Origin: Eledone cirrhosa
Taxonomy: Eukaryota
Direction of reading: 5' to 3'
Assembly (NCBI GenBank): GCA_964016885.1
Contig: OZ024740.1
Coordinates: forward strand, 432,264,001-432,328,000
DNA: 64,000 nt
Shown here: piece after piece, positions 61,238 through 64,000 of the stretch
How the letters are laid out: the number at the start of each line of letters is the position of its first letter
Position numbering within the stretch: the stretch's first letter is position 1
Notes under the pieces: generated by a model
What the model was told of the DNA's origin: nothing
The model's input: the letters and a program-made list of their open reading frames with translations, nothing else
Database searches by the model: none
Translations under genes and position numbers: made by a program

Positions 61238-64000
61238 CGGCCAACTGGCCAGACCTGTCTCATGATGTGGGTGACAAGGTAGGGCCAACTGGCTAGGCTT
61301 GTCTCATGACGTGGGTGACAAGTTACGGCCAACTGGCCAGGCTTGTCTCATGACATGGGTGACAAGTTACGGCCAACTGGCCAGGCTTGTCTCATGACGT
61401 GGGTGACAAGGTACGGCCAACTGGCCAGGATTGTCTCATGATGTGGGTGACAAGGTACGGCCAACTGGCCAGGCTTGTCTCATGACGTGGGTGACAAGGT
61501 ACGGCCAACTGGCCAGGCTTGTCTCATGACGTGAGTGACAAAATACGGCCAACTGGCCAGGCTTGTCTCATGACGTGGGTGACAAGGTACGGCCAACTGG
61601 CCAGACTTGTCTCATGACGTGGGTGACAAGATACGGTCAACTGGCCAGACTTGTCTCATGACGTGGGTGACAAGATACGGTCAACTGGCCAGACCTGTCT
61701 CATGACGTGGGTGACAAGGTACGGCCAACTGGCCAGACTTGTCTCATGACGTGGGTGACAAGGTACGGCCAACTGGCCAGACCTGTCTCATGACGTGGGT
61801 GACAAGGTACGGCCAACTGGCCAGACATGTCTCATGACATGGGTGACAAGGTACGGCCAACTGGCCAGGCTTGTCTCATAACGTGAGTGACAAGGTATGG
61901 CCAACTGGCCAGACTTGTCTCATGACGTAGGTGACAAGGTACGGCCAATTGGCCAGACTTGTCTCATGACGTAGGTGACAAGGTACGGCCAACTGGCCAG
62001 ACCTGTCTCATGACGTGGGTGACAAGGTACGGCCAACTGGCCAGACTTGTCCCATGACGTGGGTGACAAGGTACGGCCAATTGGCCAGACTTGTCCCATG
62101 ACGTGGGTGACAAGGTACGGCCAATTGGCCAGACTTGTCTCATGACGAAGGTGACAAGGTACGGCCAACTGGCCAGACCTGTCTCATGACGTGGATGACA
62201 AGGTATGACCAACTGGCCAGACTTGTCTCATGACGTAGGTGACAAGGTACGGCCAATTGGCCAGACTTGTCTCATGACGTAGGTGACAAGGTACGGCCAA
62301 CTGGCCAGACCTGTCTCATGACGTGGATGACAAGGTATGGCCAACTGGCCAGACTTGTCTCATGACGTAGGTGACAAGGTACGGCCAACTGGCCAGACCT
62401 GTCTCATGACGTGGGTGACAAGGTACGGCCAACTGGCCAGACCTGTCTCATGACGTGAGTGACAAGGTACGGCCAACTGGCCAGACCTGTCTCATGACGT
62501 GGGTGACAAGGTACGGCCAACTGGCCAGACCTGTCTCATGACATGAGTGACAAGGTACGGCCAACTGGCCAGACCTGTCTCATGACGTGAGTGACAAGGT
62601 ACGGCCAAGTGGCCAGACTTGTCTCATGACGTGGGTGACAAGGTACAGCCAACTGGCCAGACTTGTCTCATGATGTACGTGACAAGGTACGGCCAACTGG
62701 CCAGGCTTGTCTCATGACGTAGGTGACAAGGTACGGCCAACTGGCCAGACCTGTCACATGACGTAGGTGACAAGGTACGGCCAACTGGCCAGACATGTCT
62801 CATGACGTGGGTGACAAGGTACGGCCAACTGGCCAGACTTGTCTCATGACGTGGGTGACAAGGTACGGCCAACTGGCCAGACTTGTCTCATGACGTAGGT
62901 GACAAGGTACGGCCAATTGGCCAGACTTGTCTCATGACGTAAGTGACAAGGTACGGCCAATTGGCCAGACCTGTCTCATGACGTGAGTGACAAGGTACGG
63001 CCAATTGGCCAGACCTGTCACATGACGTAGGTGACAAGGTACGGCCAACTGGCCAGACATGTCTCATGACGTGAGTGACAAGGTACGGCCAATTGGCCAG
63101 ACTTGTCTCATGACGTGAGTAACAAGGTACGGCCAACTGGCCAGACTTGTCTCATGACGTGGGTGACAAGGTACGGCCAACTGGCCAGACCTGTCTCATG
63201 ACGTGAGTGACAAGGTACGGCCAACTGGCCAGACTTGTCTCATGACGTGAGTGACAAGGTACGGCCAACTGGCCAGACTTGTCTCATGACGTAGGTGACA
63301 AGGTACGGCCAACTAGCCAGGGTTGTCTCATGACGTGGGTGACAAGGTACGGCCAACTGGCCAGACCTGTCTCATGACGTGAGTGACAAGGTACGGCCAA
63401 CTGGCCGGGCTTGTCTCATGACGTGGGTGACAAGGTATGGCCAACTGGCCAGGCTTGTCTCATGACGTGAGTGACAAGGTACGGCCAACTGGCCAGACTT
63501 GTCTCATGACTTGGGTGACAAGGTATGGCCAACTGGCCAGGCTTGTCTCATGACGTGAGTGACAAGGTACGGCCAACTGGCCAGACCTGTCTCATGACGT
63601 GGGTGACAAGGTATGGCCAACTGGCCAGGCTTGTCTCATGACGTGAGTGACAAGGTACGGCCAACTGGCCAGACCTGTCTCATGACGTGGGTGACAAGGT
63701 ATGGCCAACTGGCCAGGCTTGTCTCATGACGTGGGTGACAAGGTACGGCCAACTGGCCAGACCTGTCTCATGACGTGGGTGACAAGGTATGGCCAACTGG
63801 CCAGGCTTGTCTCATGACGTGGGTGACAAGGTACGGCCAACTGGCCAGACTTGTCTCATGACTTGGGTGACAAGGTACGGCCAACTGGCCAGACCTGTCT
63901 CATGATGTTGGTGACAAGGTACGGCCAACTGGCCAGACCTGTCTCATGACGTGGGTGACAAGGTACGGCCAACTGGCCAGACCCGTCTCATGACGTGGGT
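61238..64000. repeat. 44-bp GC-rich minisatellite (GGCCAACTGGCCAGACYTGTCTCATGACGTGRGTGACAAGGTAC), at least 62 copies, running off the right edge
   Basis: Read directly. The ORF-track peptides repeat every 44 aa (3 x 44 nt), which confirms the period. Confidence 0.97.

Noticed and set aside
61920-63136. Four 82-aa minus-strand ORFs
   Set aside because: They are translations of the 44-bp minisatellite cycling through frames, and they begin and end at unit variants.

Overview
Eukaryotic (animal) genomic DNA, most likely a cephalopod such as Octopus; this is inferred from the SINE and RTE-tail motifs. The window lies inside a minus-strand SEC24C/D-type COPII coat gene. Four internal exons (58151-58055, 56851-56706, 56068-55930, 55799-55605) splice in frame with GT-AG boundaries and encode the end of the trunk, the beta-sandwich and the helical region. 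About 86% of the window (1-~55026) is one non-coding tandem array of a 23-bp unit (TCCATCAACTACCACTGTGACAA, roughly 2,400 copies). It lies in the intron after the last visible exon, so that intron is longer than 55.6 kb. The array contains multi-kb internal duplications and regional variant domains. The other introns carry a 5'-truncated RTE LINE, several RTE-3'-end/SINE fragments in both orientations, three more minisatellites (21, ~32 and 44 bp) and a ~285-bp imperfect inverted repeat. No prokaryotic system or CRISPR array is present.
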